A stretch of DNA of 64,000 nt from a virus. Its lineage: Duplodnaviria; Caudoviricetes. Below are positions 17,117-27,636 of the stretch, one piece after another. Position 1 is the stretch's first letter. Every line of letters starts with the position of its first letter. The stretch is from positions 21,120-85,119 of the IMG/VR virus record IMGVR_UViG_3300033076_001357; one strand, 5' to 3'. The translations under genes were made by a program, and so were the position numbers. Under the pieces are notes generated by a model. It was given only the letters and a program-made list of their open reading frames with translations, did no database searches and was not told where the DNA came from.

Positions 17117-17872
17117 TCAGCTCACCACCGATAGTGATCCGTTCGAGTATGAAAACGTACGGTACGACTGGATGTACCCCGCTTGTCCCACGGTGTACTC
17201 GGAGTAGGACGCCATGGTGCGCGTGTTGGCGTTGTACACATAGAAAGTCCATCGTTTGCCGCCGTCCTCCCACACCGAGAACAGCTGGCCGCTGGGAGTC
17301 TGGTCGAACACGGTGTATCTGAAACCGTACGCCTGCGGGGTCCAGGTTATCCCGTCAGGGGAGGTGGAAGCTCCGGACACGGACGCTGACTGATACCAGG
17401 TGTAGTTGTTGACCGGGTCTCCGGCCGCCGCCAGCACCAGCCAGTACGTGGCCCCGTTGGTCAGACCGGTAGCTGGCAGCGGGTAATACGTACGGGTGTT
17501 GACAGCGCCGTTGGCAGTGGTGAGATACGCGTACTCAGCGGTCACAGCGGTACTGACTATCGGTGACCCCGAGGGGGCGCCAGCCGAGTTGGCGTACAGA
17601 CTCAGCGTGGTGGGGGTGAGGCCGGATCCGCCGGTCGACACCGTGGTTTCTATGGGGGCCCGCACCAGCCCTACGGTGGTCCCCACCATGGTGAAAGACT
17701 GGGCCAGGTAAGTCAGGTAGGTGCTGGTGGACGCGGTGCCGTTGGTGGTGACCGAGGCTATGGACACGCCGTTGTACAGGTCCTGCGAGACGTGGGACCC
17801 CAAAAACTGGTTGACGTGGTCGGCTTTTGGGGGACTGCCGGTAGAAGCCGTCTGCCAGTTGGGAGTTACCAT
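17117..17872 (-). CDS. Minor tail protein (paralogue of 17872-18621)
   Basis: Shared NQFLGxH...QSFT...LxLYA...SPDGxTWTxQ. Confidence 0.7.
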   Translation of the reverse strand: MVTPNWQTASTGSPPKADHVNQFLGSHVSQDLYNGVSIASVTTNGTASTSTYLTYLAQSFTMVGTTVGLVRAPIETTVSTGGSGLTPTTLSLYANSAGAPSGSPIVSTAVTAEYAYLTTANGAVNTRTYYPLPATGLTNGATYWLVLAAAGDPVNNYTWYQSASVSGASTSPDGITWTPQAYGFRYTVFDQTPSGQLFSVWEDGGKRWTFYVYNANTRTMASYSEYTVGQAGYIQSYRTFSYSNGSLSVVS

Positions 17873-18621
17873 CAGCTGACCCCCGTCTGAAGTCCGTTGG
17901 TGTACGTAACAAACCTGGATGAGTACATGTACCCGACGGAGGTCTGACCCACGGTGAACTCGATTATGTTATTGAGGTTGCCCGTGGAACCGTAGGAGAG
18001 ACTGGTCCATCGGGTGCCGTCGTCTTCGACGATGAGGGTGGGCTGGCCGTAAGTTACCGTCGTATCCAGAACCTGATAGGTCAGGCCGTACGACTGGGCG
18101 GTCCAGGTAACTCCGTCGGGAGACAGCGCAGCCCCGGACACCTGGTTCGACTGCAACCACTGGTAGTGGTTGGTGACCGTGCCTACTGGGGCTGTAACCA
18201 AGTGATAAACGGTGCTGGCGGTTACAGAAGCCACCAGCGGGAACGTCACCCAGGTACCGGACGTGGCTATGTACTCGCTGGGGACCAGAACCGAGGCCAG
18301 CGCGCTGCCGGTGGGGAACCCGGTGGCGGGGTCATCCGCGTACAGCGACAAGTTGAGTACGGGAGGTGCTGACGGACCTACTCCGCTCACCCGCAGCAGC
18401 ACCTGGCCGATGGCCGTCTGCCCTACGGCGGTGGTGAACGACTGCGAGATGTACTGACCGACTGTAGATACGTTTACGGCTCCGGCGGTAGTCTGAGAGG
18501 CTTTGACTGTTCCGTTTCCATACACCATCTGGGCGGTGTGAAGCCCTAGGAACTGGTTTATCTGACCCGCTGTGGCGTCCTGGCCAGCGGTCGCCGCCAG
18601 CCAGGTGGGAGTGGCTACCAC
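17872..18621 (-). CDS. Minor tail protein (paralogue of 17117-17872)
   Basis: Same shared motifs as 17117-17872. Confidence 0.7.
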   Translation of the reverse strand: MVATPTWLAATAGQDATAGQINQFLGLHTAQMVYGNGTVKASQTTAGAVNVSTVGQYISQSFTTAVGQTAIGQVLLRVSGVGPSAPPVLNLSLYADDPATGFPTGSALASVLVPSEYIATSGTWVTFPLVASVTASTVYHLVTAPVGTVTNHYQWLQSNQVSGAALSPDGVTWTAQSYGLTYQVLDTTVTYGQPTLIVEDDGTRWTSLSYGSTGNLNNIIEFTVGQTSVGYMYSSRFVTYTNGLQTGVS

Positions 18622-18636
18622 GCGTCGCCCGCCTTC

Positions 18637-19164
18637 CTACGAGATGCTGAACGTAGCCTGCAACAGCAAGGTGTCAGTAGTGGGCACCGACAGCGGGGGG
18701 CTGAACGCCCAGTGGTCTATCAGAGTACCAGCCTGGGCCACCGTGGCGTTGCTGCTGGTGCCGTTGGCGAACACCCCGGCTTCGGTTACCGTCCAAGCGG
18801 TGGCGGGTGCCGGGAAGTAAAACAACCAGGTGACCTGAGCGGAGATGGAAGCGGTGGCGGGGGAAAACGCCCCGGCACCCACCGTCTGTCGTCCGAGTTC
18901 GTTGAACAGCAGGGCGTCGGTGTTGGCCACGGTGCCTGCGCCCGACCCCACCGCCCCCCATAGCGGAGTTAGGTAAGTCGAAGTGGTGATGCCCAGGTTG
19001 CTGGCTTGGTCCTGTATGCCCGACCACACCAGCGCCGAAGCCAGCACGGTCTTACCGGCCAGGCACATTATGTTGTCGCCTTCGCGGCGGTCTCGGACAG
19101 AGCCATCCGGGCGAAACACGGTAAGCGACAGCTTGCCGGACACGGTGATAGTGGATTCGCCCAT
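18637..19164 (-). CDS. Minor tail protein
   Basis: GAVGSGA...LFNELGR...TEAGVF pattern typical of tail-tip proteins. Confidence 0.65.
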   Translation of the reverse strand: MGESTITVSGKLSLTVFRPDGSVRDRREGDNIMCLAGKTVLASALVWSGIQDQASNLGITTSTYLTPLWGAVGSGAGTVANTDALLFNELGRQTVGAGAFSPATASISAQVTWLFYFPAPATAWTVTEAGVFANGTSSNATVAQAGTLIDHWAFSPPLSVPTTDTLLLQATFSIS

Positions 19165-19190
19165 AACTGAAGCGTATCACCTTAGTGATC

Positions 19191-19409
19191 CTAGGTCCAA
19201 GTGAACGTGCCCCAGGTAGCGTTGTCCCAGAACACCTGTGACAGCACTACAACAGATCCGGTGACAGATTCGCCTACGGAGAACGTCTCGTTGGTCTCTC
19301 CGAAGTCGCCCACGCCGTCAGTCACGTCGTTGGCCGTCTGCTGGGTGGACTGGTCGTTCATCGTGCCCAGGATATCGACCAACGTGTAGGGACGAAAAAC
19401 CCCCGGCAT
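19191..19409 (-). CDS. Small tail-associated protein
   Basis: ORF track; operon context. Confidence 0.55.
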   Translation of the reverse strand: MPGVFRPYTLVDILGTMNDQSTQQTANDVTDGVGDFGETNETFSVGESVTGSVVVLSQVFWDNATWGTFTWT

Positions 19410-19415
19410 ATTAGA

Positions 19416-20822
19416 TCACACCCTGATGGCGGTTATGTTGCTGATACGGTGTCCGGTGGTGGTGAACGACACGCGGTTACCGGTAACAAGAAACGTGTCG
19501 TTGATACCCAGCGCGTAACTGTTCTGGGCGTCCGGCACAAACGCATTGACCACAGTGCACACCTGGCCCGACCGAACCCATCCGATCCAGTCTTCGGTGG
19601 TGTTGAAGATGATGCGCTCTACCGCGAACGCGTACTCGGTCCGCTCCCGCATGGCCCGGTTCAGAGCCATGGGCACCGTGGTAAGCGACCGGTCCAGGAT
19701 GTACGTGGCGAAGATGCCGTGGTTGGGACCCGGGTAGGTGGCCTGTGACTGGAAGTCGTTGGCGATAGCCACTACCGGTACCTTGTAGTTGTACCAGATG
19801 GATATCTCTACGCCCTTGGCCGGTGGAGACGAAGTTGTCAGGGACCAGCCACCGACGCTGTTCTCCACCACCTGCCACGTGGAGCTGGACGCCGGAGACC
19901 CGGCTGGCACTACCGCCGGAGTTACCTTGGTCTTGTTCAACTTGATAATCGGTACGTCGATGACCGTGTACCGTAGCGGCCACGCGGTCTGCACCCCATT
20001 ACTTACCCATTTATCGGTGGGGTGGGGGGACGCGGTGCTGGTGGACCCATGGTATACAACGTTGGTGGCGCCCTGAACTATGATGCGGTTACGGATGCCG
20101 GTACCGTCCCACTCGTAGTTCATGCTGTCTCGGCTGAAGTGACCCTCAGTAAGGGACCCGTCGGTGGTAGGGCTGGTGGTGAAAGTCACACCGGACACCT
20201 GAGCGGTGGTGGCGTCGAAGAAATGCAGCGCCCGGTTTTCGTCGACGTACCAGCCGAATGGAGTCTGCTTACCGGCCAGAACAGATAGTTTGCGCCATGC
20301 GTTGGACAGTGTGTTGTAAGCCAGGATGAAACTGGCCAGCTGCGGGCCCTTCTGGACGAAGCCGCCGTTCTCGATGGTGTCGGCAGTGATACCGCAGTCA
20401 GCCTGTCGGGTCAAGCTGATTATTATCTGGTCCACGGTAAATCCGAAGAAGGTCCCGTGTACCTCCGAGGTGTCCGCATAGAAGGCGTAGTCAACGCACT
20501 GAAGCGTCCACTCGTTGACCGTAGGACTGACCACCGTAAGCTTGGGGTTGGTACACAGACCGGCGAACAGCGTCTGGCCAGCGGTGTTGTCCACCAGCTT
20601 GACCTGACTCAGCACCTGTATATGTATCGCGCTACCGCTGGTGGCGTACTCGTCAGTCAGTATGAAAGTGGCCGTGTCCCCCTGCCTACCAAAGTTCTGT
20701 GATATGGACGCCCCGCCGCTGCCGCCCGAATAAGTAAACTTGGCGGTGTAGTTTATCGGCGACCCCCCAGGGGGCGTCACCGTGAACGTGTAGTTGGGCA
20801 GAGGGGTAGGCAAGGTCGTCAC
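19416..20822 (-). CDS. Minor tail/baseplate hub protein
   Basis: Follows the tape measure gene with a GTGA overlap at 20819-20822; WYVDENRALHF, IRNRIIVQG. Confidence 0.7.
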   Translation of the reverse strand: MTTLPTPLPNYTFTVTPPGGSPINYTAKFTYSGGSGGASISQNFGRQGDTATFILTDEYATSGSAIHIQVLSQVKLVDNTAGQTLFAGLCTNPKLTVVSPTVNEWTLQCVDYAFYADTSEVHGTFFGFTVDQIIISLTRQADCGITADTIENGGFVQKGPQLASFILAYNTLSNAWRKLSVLAGKQTPFGWYVDENRALHFFDATTAQVSGVTFTTSPTTDGSLTEGHFSRDSMNYEWDGTGIRNRIIVQGATNVVYHGSTSTASPHPTDKWVSNGVQTAWPLRYTVIDVPIIKLNKTKVTPAVVPAGSPASSSTWQVVENSVGGWSLTTSSPPAKGVEISIWYNYKVPVVAIANDFQSQATYPGPNHGIFATYILDRSLTTVPMALNRAMRERTEYAFAVERIIFNTTEDWIGWVRSGQVCTVVNAFVPDAQNSYALGINDTFLVTGNRVSFTTTGHRISNITAIRV

Positions 20823-23800
20823 ATCCTGATACGGGTTCCACCAGCGGGCAGGACCCACGTGGCCAGCCGCGCCTCGATCTTGGCTATGATGGCGTCCGCG
20901 TCCCGGTCGGAGCTGATGGTGCTGCCCCGCAGGTCTATGATCAGTGCTCCGCCACCGCCCCGGCCCCGCATGGCTCCGGCCCACTCGGCCGGTATAACGG
21001 CCTCATGGGGGTGGAGCAAAGCCATGTGGGCGAAGGACCCGGTGTCCCAGGTACCGACTTCGTAACCTACATAAGGACCACCGTGTGCCATGGACACCAA
21101 GCCCGGCACGTTGTTGATACTGCCGTACCTGGACGCGATGTAATTGATAGCCGCCGCTATGTTAGCCACTGGGTCAAAGATGTTCCAGCTGGTGCCGGAT
21201 TGGTGGTAGGCGCTGAACGTAGCGCCGATGGTCTGCATCAGACCCCGGGACGGGTCGCCGTGCTGAGCGTTGATGTCATAGTTGTTGATGGCGTTGGGGT
21301 TACCACCAGACTCGTGCATGGCGATGGTCTCCAGGCCAGCAAACCACGACATCGGTTTACCGGTAGCGGCCAGCGCCTGCCTGGTCCACGCGTCCAGCTG
21401 GCCGCCCACCCCCTTTGGTGCCGTCTGGTCCTTGTCTCCCAGGAACTTCAGAACACCCTTTTCCAGAGAGCCGATAGCGCCGATCATCTCCCGGCCCAGG
21501 CCGGTGGTGGCCCCCGGTATGGTACCCAACAGGTTGTTGATGACATCAAACGCCGACCTGGCGGTGTCTCGTAGGCCGCCCAGTGCCAGATTGGCCACGG
21601 CTCCGATGGCGCTCTTGATGCCACCAACCAGGCTGCTGACGATGCCACCGCCCGCGTATCCACCGCCTCGGCCGCCGGAACCGGCCCCGAACATGGCCAG
21701 GATGGCGCCGATACCTCCAGCCGAATTGATCATGTCGTGAGACAGGACGAACTCTCCCGGGGTCAGCCACGCCGGTACCGTGTCTCCGAACCCCGCACCC
21801 GGAACCATACCACCAGCGGCGAATTTCAGCGGAGAAATGGGGCTGAGCTTGGGCCCCCCGAACACCCCGGACACGTCGTTCCACAAGGTCATGATGCCGT
21901 GGTTGTACACGGTGTCGATGACAAAGTTGACCGGATCGGCGGCCAGCTTCTTCAGGTCGTTCCACACGGTACGCAGAGTGTCGATACCGTCGGAGAACGC
22001 GTTGACGATGCCGTCCCAGATGCTCTTGAGGAACCCCGAGATGCCGGTCCAAATGGCATGCCATGCGCCTATCACACCGTCGGCGATGTCGTTCCAGATG
22101 TTTACCAGCCACCGCCACAGGTCGCCGAAGATGGACTTAACGGTGTTCCAGACGGTGGTGGCCACCTCGTAGGCGGTCTCGTTGATGTCCTTCCACATCT
22201 GGCTCCAGTTGCCGGTGAACAGGTCGATGAACACCTTCAGAACACCTTCGATAATGTCGAGAGCAACGTTGATGACGCCCTTGATGGTGTCCCACGCTGC
22301 TTCGAATACCATGATGATGGTGTCCCACGCCGCCCTGATGAAACCCCAGATGACGTCAAAAACCGCCTTGATGACGCCCCAGATAAGTTCCATGGCGCCC
22401 TTGACCGCACCCCAGATAAGGTCCCACGCCATCTTGGTGGCGCCCCACACCGTGTCCCATACGGTCTTGATAGTGTCCAGTATCAGGCCGAAGGAACGAG
22501 TGACGGCCGACCACAGGTACGCCAGGTACTGGGACACCGCACCCCAGATTACGCCCCAGATGGTGGAGGTGGCGTGGGATATCTGGGTCCAGTGCCCCGA
22601 CACGTAGGACACCAGCTTACCGCCGGTTACGTTCCAAAGCTGGATTATCTCATTCCAGATCTCGCCGAGTTCTTCCACAATGTGGTTCCACTCGGCGGAC
22701 ACCGACGCTGATACCACGTGCCAGGCGTGGTTGATCATGGACACCAGCTTGCCGCCGGTGGCGTTCCACAGGTCTACTAGACCGCTCCACACGGACTCGA
22801 AAGCCGACGCTATGTCCTTGCGGTATTTGATGATAACCGCTACGATCAGCGACATGCCGCCGGTCAGCGGCGCCAGGATCAGTGGCCACCAGCGCCTGAC
22901 CGTACCCCCGATCTCGGACCAGATGCTGTCCCACATGTCTACCACGCCGTGCCACACGCCGACGAAGAAGTCAGCGGTGGTCTTGGCGGCGTCCACCAGC
23001 CACTTCCACACCACACTGAGTACGGCCTTGGTCTGACTCCAGTGAGTGGCCACGACCAGGGCGATGACCCCGATAGCGGCTATGGCCAGGCCCACCGGGC
23101 CCATGCTCAACATCAGGCCGCCCATGATCTCCCTGAAGGCTATCACGGCGATCTTTATCTTTTCGAACACCAACGCGCCGGTCAGCACCACCGCGATAAG
23201 GGTGCTGATAGCTCCGACGGAGCCCAGGATGATGGCGGCCAGATGCTGGTGGTGGCTGGCCCACTCCGCCAGCGGGGACACCAGCCTGGAGATGTGGGAC
23301 ACCAACGCGGTAACCGCAGGCAGCAGTCCGGTGCCGATAGAGATGGCCAGCGCGTGGACGGTGTCCTTCAGCTGCGCGGACCGGAAGTTAAAGGTGTGCT
23401 GGATGTCGGACCAGCCCTCCACGTGGGCACCGGCCTTACTGGCCGCCTCGGCCACGGCGCTGACCGTGTTACGGAAGGTGCCAAGCCCCCCGTTGGTGAG
23501 CGCCAGCACGGTCTGTAGCGAGGTGGAGTCGCCTACGACCTTCTTCAGCGCTGCGGTGTACTCCAGGGCGGCGGGCTGGCCGCTCTTCAGAAGCTGGTTG
23601 AAGCCCATGGACTGGTTCAGTAGGTTGACAAACTGGACGCCCAGCGCGTGCTGCGGGCCGCTGAGGGCCTTGATCTCTTTGTTGTACTCGCCGAACGACA
23701 TGCTGCCGTTCTTCAGCTCTTCGGCCAACGACTTGACGTCGGGGGGCATGGAGGCCAGCATGATCTTGAGGTCCTGGGCCGCCGACTGAGACTGGTTGAA

Positions 23801-25006
23801 CGCGCTCACCAGGACCTTGCCGTCCTTGATGTGAGCCCCGATGGCGTTGGTCAGGATTTCCAGGGTTCCGGTCAGGCCTCTCTTACCAAGATTGGCGGAC
23901 AGATCCTGGGCATTGACCCCCAACTGAGCCATGTACTTGACGGAGTCGATGGTGGGCGACTCCAGCTTCTGGATGGCGTGGTTGAGGTCCGTAGTAGCCT
24001 GCTGAGCGGTGATGCCCTGAGCGGTCATCGTAGCGATGGCGCCAGCGATCTGCTCGAATGATATGCCTGCTGAGTGAGCGGTAGGCAGCACCGTGGACAG
24101 CGAAGAAGCGAACGCCTGGGTGGTCATCTTGCCAGAACCGACCGCCGCCACCATCATGTCCGTGACCTTCACGGCGTCGGTCACCTTGTAACCGTAGTCT
24201 CGCATGATGGTGGTAAGAGCGTTGCTGACCTCGCCCAGGTCGGCGCCTTCAGCCCTGGCGCCTTCGGACGCCGCCCTCAGGATGGTAAGAGCGTTGCTGG
24301 TGCGGTAACCGGCAGACTCGACCAGGTACAGGCCCTTGGTAAGTTCGTCGGTGCTGGTGGCGGTGTCCATGGAGATCTGAAGAACACCGGCGCTAAGCGA
24401 GGCCAGGTTCTGCCGGGCCTCTCCTGCCGACGTCACCATCTTCAGCATGCTGGACTGGAAATCAGCGCCCGCCTTGACGCTTTTGTCCCCGATGACCACC
24501 GTGGCCAGGGCCAGGGCTCCGGCGGCGACGGCCCCCGCTTTCATCGCCGCCGTACCCAGACCCAGCGAGGTAGAGGTGGCTTCGGCCGCTGCGGCGGCCT
24601 CCCGGGACCTGACGGTTACTTCCTGGTCGGCCCGGCTGAGAGCGTCCAGGGAGGCCACCTGTTTGGCTGACGCCAGCTCCACCGCGTCGGCTTGAGCCTT
24701 GGTGGCTCCGGCGGCGGTGGCCGCCGCCTGGGTGTACGCTTCCTGCGCCCGAGTTAGAGCTTCGGTGTCCACCCGGAGGGCGTTCTGAGCGTCGGCCTGT
24801 ACCTTGAGTGAGCGTTCGTAGGCGGTGGCGGACGCGGCGGCCCGGTCCTGAGCTACCTGCAACTCGGCGGCGGACATCGTGGCCCGGCTGGACGCGGCGG
24901 CCAGCTTGGCGCTCATCGAGTCCATCACGTCGCCGATTTTGCCGAGAATAAACGTAGCCTTGTCTACGGCTTCCACCGTAAGCAGGACCGACAGCTCGTC
25001 TGCCAC
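20819..25006 (-). CDS. Tape measure protein with a C-terminal lytic transglycosylase domain
   Basis: 1395 aa, Ala-rich, with Trp-periodic repeats; HESGGNPNAIN...SRGLMQTI. Confidence 0.92.
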   Translation of the reverse strand: MADELSVLLTVEAVDKATFILGKIGDVMDSMSAKLAAASSRATMSAAELQVAQDRAAASATAYERSLKVQADAQNALRVDTEALTRAQEAYTQAAATAAGATKAQADAVELASAKQVASLDALSRADQEVTVRSREAAAAAEATSTSLGLGTAAMKAGAVAAGALALATVVIGDKSVKAGADFQSSMLKMVTSAGEARQNLASLSAGVLQISMDTATSTDELTKGLYLVESAGYRTSNALTILRAASEGARAEGADLGEVSNALTTIMRDYGYKVTDAVKVTDMMVAAVGSGKMTTQAFASSLSTVLPTAHSAGISFEQIAGAIATMTAQGITAQQATTDLNHAIQKLESPTIDSVKYMAQLGVNAQDLSANLGKRGLTGTLEILTNAIGAHIKDGKVLVSAFNQSQSAAQDLKIMLASMPPDVKSLAEELKNGSMSFGEYNKEIKALSGPQHALGVQFVNLLNQSMGFNQLLKSGQPAALEYTAALKKVVGDSTSLQTVLALTNGGLGTFRNTVSAVAEAASKAGAHVEGWSDIQHTFNFRSAQLKDTVHALAISIGTGLLPAVTALVSHISRLVSPLAEWASHHQHLAAIILGSVGAISTLIAVVLTGALVFEKIKIAVIAFREIMGGLMLSMGPVGLAIAAIGVIALVVATHWSQTKAVLSVVWKWLVDAAKTTADFFVGVWHGVVDMWDSIWSEIGGTVRRWWPLILAPLTGGMSLIVAVIIKYRKDIASAFESVWSGLVDLWNATGGKLVSMINHAWHVVSASVSAEWNHIVEELGEIWNEIIQLWNVTGGKLVSYVSGHWTQISHATSTIWGVIWGAVSQYLAYLWSAVTRSFGLILDTIKTVWDTVWGATKMAWDLIWGAVKGAMELIWGVIKAVFDVIWGFIRAAWDTIIMVFEAAWDTIKGVINVALDIIEGVLKVFIDLFTGNWSQMWKDINETAYEVATTVWNTVKSIFGDLWRWLVNIWNDIADGVIGAWHAIWTGISGFLKSIWDGIVNAFSDGIDTLRTVWNDLKKLAADPVNFVIDTVYNHGIMTLWNDVSGVFGGPKLSPISPLKFAAGGMVPGAGFGDTVPAWLTPGEFVLSHDMINSAGGIGAILAMFGAGSGGRGGGYAGGGIVSSLVGGIKSAIGAVANLALGGLRDTARSAFDVINNLLGTIPGATTGLGREMIGAIGSLEKGVLKFLGDKDQTAPKGVGGQLDAWTRQALAATGKPMSWFAGLETIAMHESGGNPNAINNYDINAQHGDPSRGLMQTIGATFSAYHQSGTSWNIFDPVANIAAAINYIASRYGSINNVPGLVSMAHGGPYVGYEVGTWDTGSFAHMALLHPHEAVIPAEWAGAMRGRGGGGALIIDLRGSTISSDRDADAIIAKIEARLATWVLPAGGTRIRM

Positions 25007-25014
25007 ACGCCTCC

Positions 25015-25380
25015 CTATTCGAACAGCTTAGCTCGTTGGGCCCTGACTTCGGCGTTGGGGTGAGGCCCAACGGGTCCGCTGCTCACCAGCTTGTCGGTGT
25101 GCTGCTGTTTCATGGCCTTGAAGGCCAGTTCGGTCATCTCTTCGGACGAGGTTCCCGGCTGTCTGGACCCCACCCCGGCCGCCCGCTGCTGCTGGCGCTG
25201 GTTCTCTGTCTCTACCTGGTGCTCCAGCTTCATGACGGTAAGGTAGTCCTTGATACGCTGAGGCGGCCACTGGCGCAGCCTGTCCTCGTCCACCCCGAAC
25301 CGGGTCCAGAAGGCTTCCAGGGTTCTCATCTCACCCAGTATGTCCGGGCCACCCTTGCCGGACCTAAGCGCCGATAGCAC
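25015..25380 (-). CDS. Tail assembly chaperone, downstream (frameshift-extension) ORF
   Basis: Overlaps the upstream chaperone in the +1 frame, just before the tape measure gene. Confidence 0.6.
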   Translation of the reverse strand: MLSALRSGKGGPDILGEMRTLEAFWTRFGVDEDRLRQWPPQRIKDYLTVMKLEHQVETENQRQQQRAAGVGSRQPGTSSEEMTELAFKAMKQQHTDKLVSSGPVGPHPNAEVRAQRAKLFE

Positions 25381-25792
25381 CTGGCTCGTGAAAGGTTCGC
25401 TGGTCCTCCTCGGACCGGACGGAGTCCTCGGTGTTGGCCTCGATGTGGTCGCGCAGCCTGGCCCGGGCGCTGGCTGGCAGCATCCGGATCGACTCCAGCT
25501 TCTTGGCCAGGGGCTCCAGCGGCAGCAGCTGGTCGTTGTGGTCGGTGAGGTTCCAGGTGACGATGGCCTCGGACAGCAGTACCTCGGTGTACGCGGCGGT
25601 GTCGGTGATGGTCTCGACCCTCACGGTACGGTTAGCCGACGGGCCACCCTGCTGAGCCTCGGTGACCGCCTTGACCCGGGCGGCCTGGGCCCGGTCCAGG
25701 GCGTCTCCGGACAGGTAGCGCTTGAGCGTCACCTGGTACCCGTCGCCCATGTCCACCACGTCAGTGCCCGAATACTTGGTGAGAAAACCCAC
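25364..25792 (-). CDS. Tail assembly chaperone
   Basis: Position between the major tail and tape measure genes; AIVTWNLTD. Confidence 0.7.
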   Translation of the reverse strand: MGFLTKYSGTDVVDMGDGYQVTLKRYLSGDALDRAQAARVKAVTEAQQGGPSANRTVRVETITDTAAYTEVLLSEAIVTWNLTDHNDQLLPLEPLAKKLESIRMLPASARARLRDHIEANTEDSVRSEEDQRTFHEPGAIGA

Positions 25793-25873
25793 AACTTACT
25801 CCCGTACAGACGACTGGCCCCAAGGGCCGGTATTGACCCTGGGGCCAGTGTATCAGCCGCTGACTCGTTCGGC

Positions 25874-27307
25874 CTAGTACGGCAGGTACACTCCGTTGGA
25901 GATGAACGCCGTGACGGTCGTCAGGGTGGATAGGTTGAGACCTAGGTCGATCGTCAGGGTGGACATGACGACGTCGTCCATCTTGATCGCGTCGGTGTAG
26001 GTCTTCAGCCGACCCTTCGGCATGTAGAACATGATGTACCCGCCGGTGGACGGATGGGTGAACGCCAGCTGCACCGGGAAGTTGGTGGACGGAGTGGACG
26101 TCATCTGGGTCCAGTAGCCCCAGGTGGGGTCGTCCAGCGACGTGAACACCACGTCGCACTTGAACGTCACCAGACGGGTGACCGGGGTCAGGAACTGCAG
26201 GTCATGGGTGCCGTTGTAGGTGTAGGTGTCCTTGAGTCCGTTCTCGATGGACACGTCGGCCGAGGTGGCCTGGATCACAGCCTGGTTGGACAGGGACAGC
26301 GTGGTCTCCGCGAACACGAACGGAGATTCGTCCGTGACCGAGATGGCGGACGGCGTGGCCAGCACCGCCGAGTGCTTGGACCGCCAGTCGACCGCGATGG
26401 TGGCTTCGGCGTTACCGGTGGTGGAGGTAATGCCCAGCTTGTTGATGCGGGACCCCGCGAACTGCAGCGACTCGAAGCCGCCGATGTTCTTCTCCACCGT
26501 GAACGATGGCAGGGTGTTGGCCTGGGTCACCGTGTGCAGATACATCGCCTGAACGATGGACACGTTGACCGAGCTGGCGTGCGCGTAGGTCAGCGCCGAG
26601 TCCAGGGTCAGCGTGGTGGTGACCACGTTGGTGACCTTGCGCACCTCGGAGGTGGTGGTGCCGGACGGACTGTTGACGTCGATCTGGATGATCGTGCCGT
26701 TGACGATGCCGGTGGCCGAGGTGACCGTGACCGAGGTGGCTCCGGCCAGAGTGGGCGCCGACAGCGTGGTGGTGGCGGACGTCACCGCAGCGGAGCTTAT
26801 CGCGTGGTCGAACGTCAGAGCGTCCGCCACCGTGACCACGGATCCCGCCACGTTGGAGATCTTGCGGACCTCTAGGGAGGGGGCCGACCCGATGCGGATC
26901 TCCTGGCCGACGGCGAAGCCGGTGGGAGAGGTCAGAGTGACTGACGTAGCCCCAGCCGACGAGCCAACGGACAGCGTGGTGGAGGTCGGGGTGACCGGCG
27001 TTCCCGACACGCCGTACCCCACGGCGGCGTCGGCCCCGATGGAGCCGGGGATCAGCGTAACCGCGTTGCTGGGGAACAGCGGACCGTTCAACGACCCAGC
27101 GTTCTTGTACTGACCGTAGACCGGGAAGATGTTCAGGTCACGCTGGCCCATCATCACCTTGGGCCAGAACAGTCCGGGGTCCAGTTCCAGAGTGTTACCC
27201 GACATGGGCTCGTAGGTTGTCGGGGTGACCGGCGTGCCAAACGCCGTCTCCTTGGCCAGGCCTGTGGCAGAGAGCGATCCGTATCGCTCGACAACAGTAG
27301 TAGGCAC
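25874..27307 (-). CDS. Major tail (tube) protein with an inserted tandem beta-rich repeat
   Basis: GLAKETAFGTPV...PSFTVEK; two internal repeats TTLS..AGATSVT.T. Confidence 0.8.
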   Translation of the reverse strand: MPTTVVERYGSLSATGLAKETAFGTPVTPTTYEPMSGNTLELDPGLFWPKVMMGQRDLNIFPVYGQYKNAGSLNGPLFPSNAVTLIPGSIGADAAVGYGVSGTPVTPTSTTLSVGSSAGATSVTLTSPTGFAVGQEIRIGSAPSLEVRKISNVAGSVVTVADALTFDHAISSAAVTSATTTLSAPTLAGATSVTVTSATGIVNGTIIQIDVNSPSGTTTSEVRKVTNVVTTTLTLDSALTYAHASSVNVSIVQAMYLHTVTQANTLPSFTVEKNIGGFESLQFAGSRINKLGITSTTGNAEATIAVDWRSKHSAVLATPSAISVTDESPFVFAETTLSLSNQAVIQATSADVSIENGLKDTYTYNGTHDLQFLTPVTRLVTFKCDVVFTSLDDPTWGYWTQMTSTPSTNFPVQLAFTHPSTGGYIMFYMPKGRLKTYTDAIKMDDVVMSTLTIDLGLNLSTLTTVTAFISNGVYLPY

Positions 27308-27340
27308 ACGCCTCCCAGATCTAAGTTTTCTTATTCAATG

Positions 27341-27625
27341 TTACACGGTCGGGGATTCGGTGTCTACCGCCCAGTCCCCCCGGGCCCGCAGCCGGGCGGC
27401 CAGCTCGTCACCGACCCGAACCACCTGATCGGTTGCCACTTCGCCACCCAGCTCCATGAACACCGTGTCCTGAGGGCCGGTGAACCGTAGGGCCGTGAGG
27501 CTCTCCGTGGCGTCTCCCGGGGCCTCCACGGCCTCGGAGGTGCTCGGGGCCGTGGAGGCTCGCGAGGACGTCTTCTTGGTGGTCTTCGTGGTCTCCGTGA
27601 CGCTGTCGTGAGCCGTCTCGTCCAT
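27341..27625 (-). CDS. Small virion-associated protein
   Basis: AAGGAGG RBS, ATG at 27625. Confidence 0.55.
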   Translation of the reverse strand: MDETAHDSVTETTKTTKKTSSRASTAPSTSEAVEAPGDATESLTALRFTGPQDTVFMELGGEVATDQVVRVGDELAARLRARGDWAVDTESPTV

Positions 27626-27636
27626 GGCCGTCCTCC

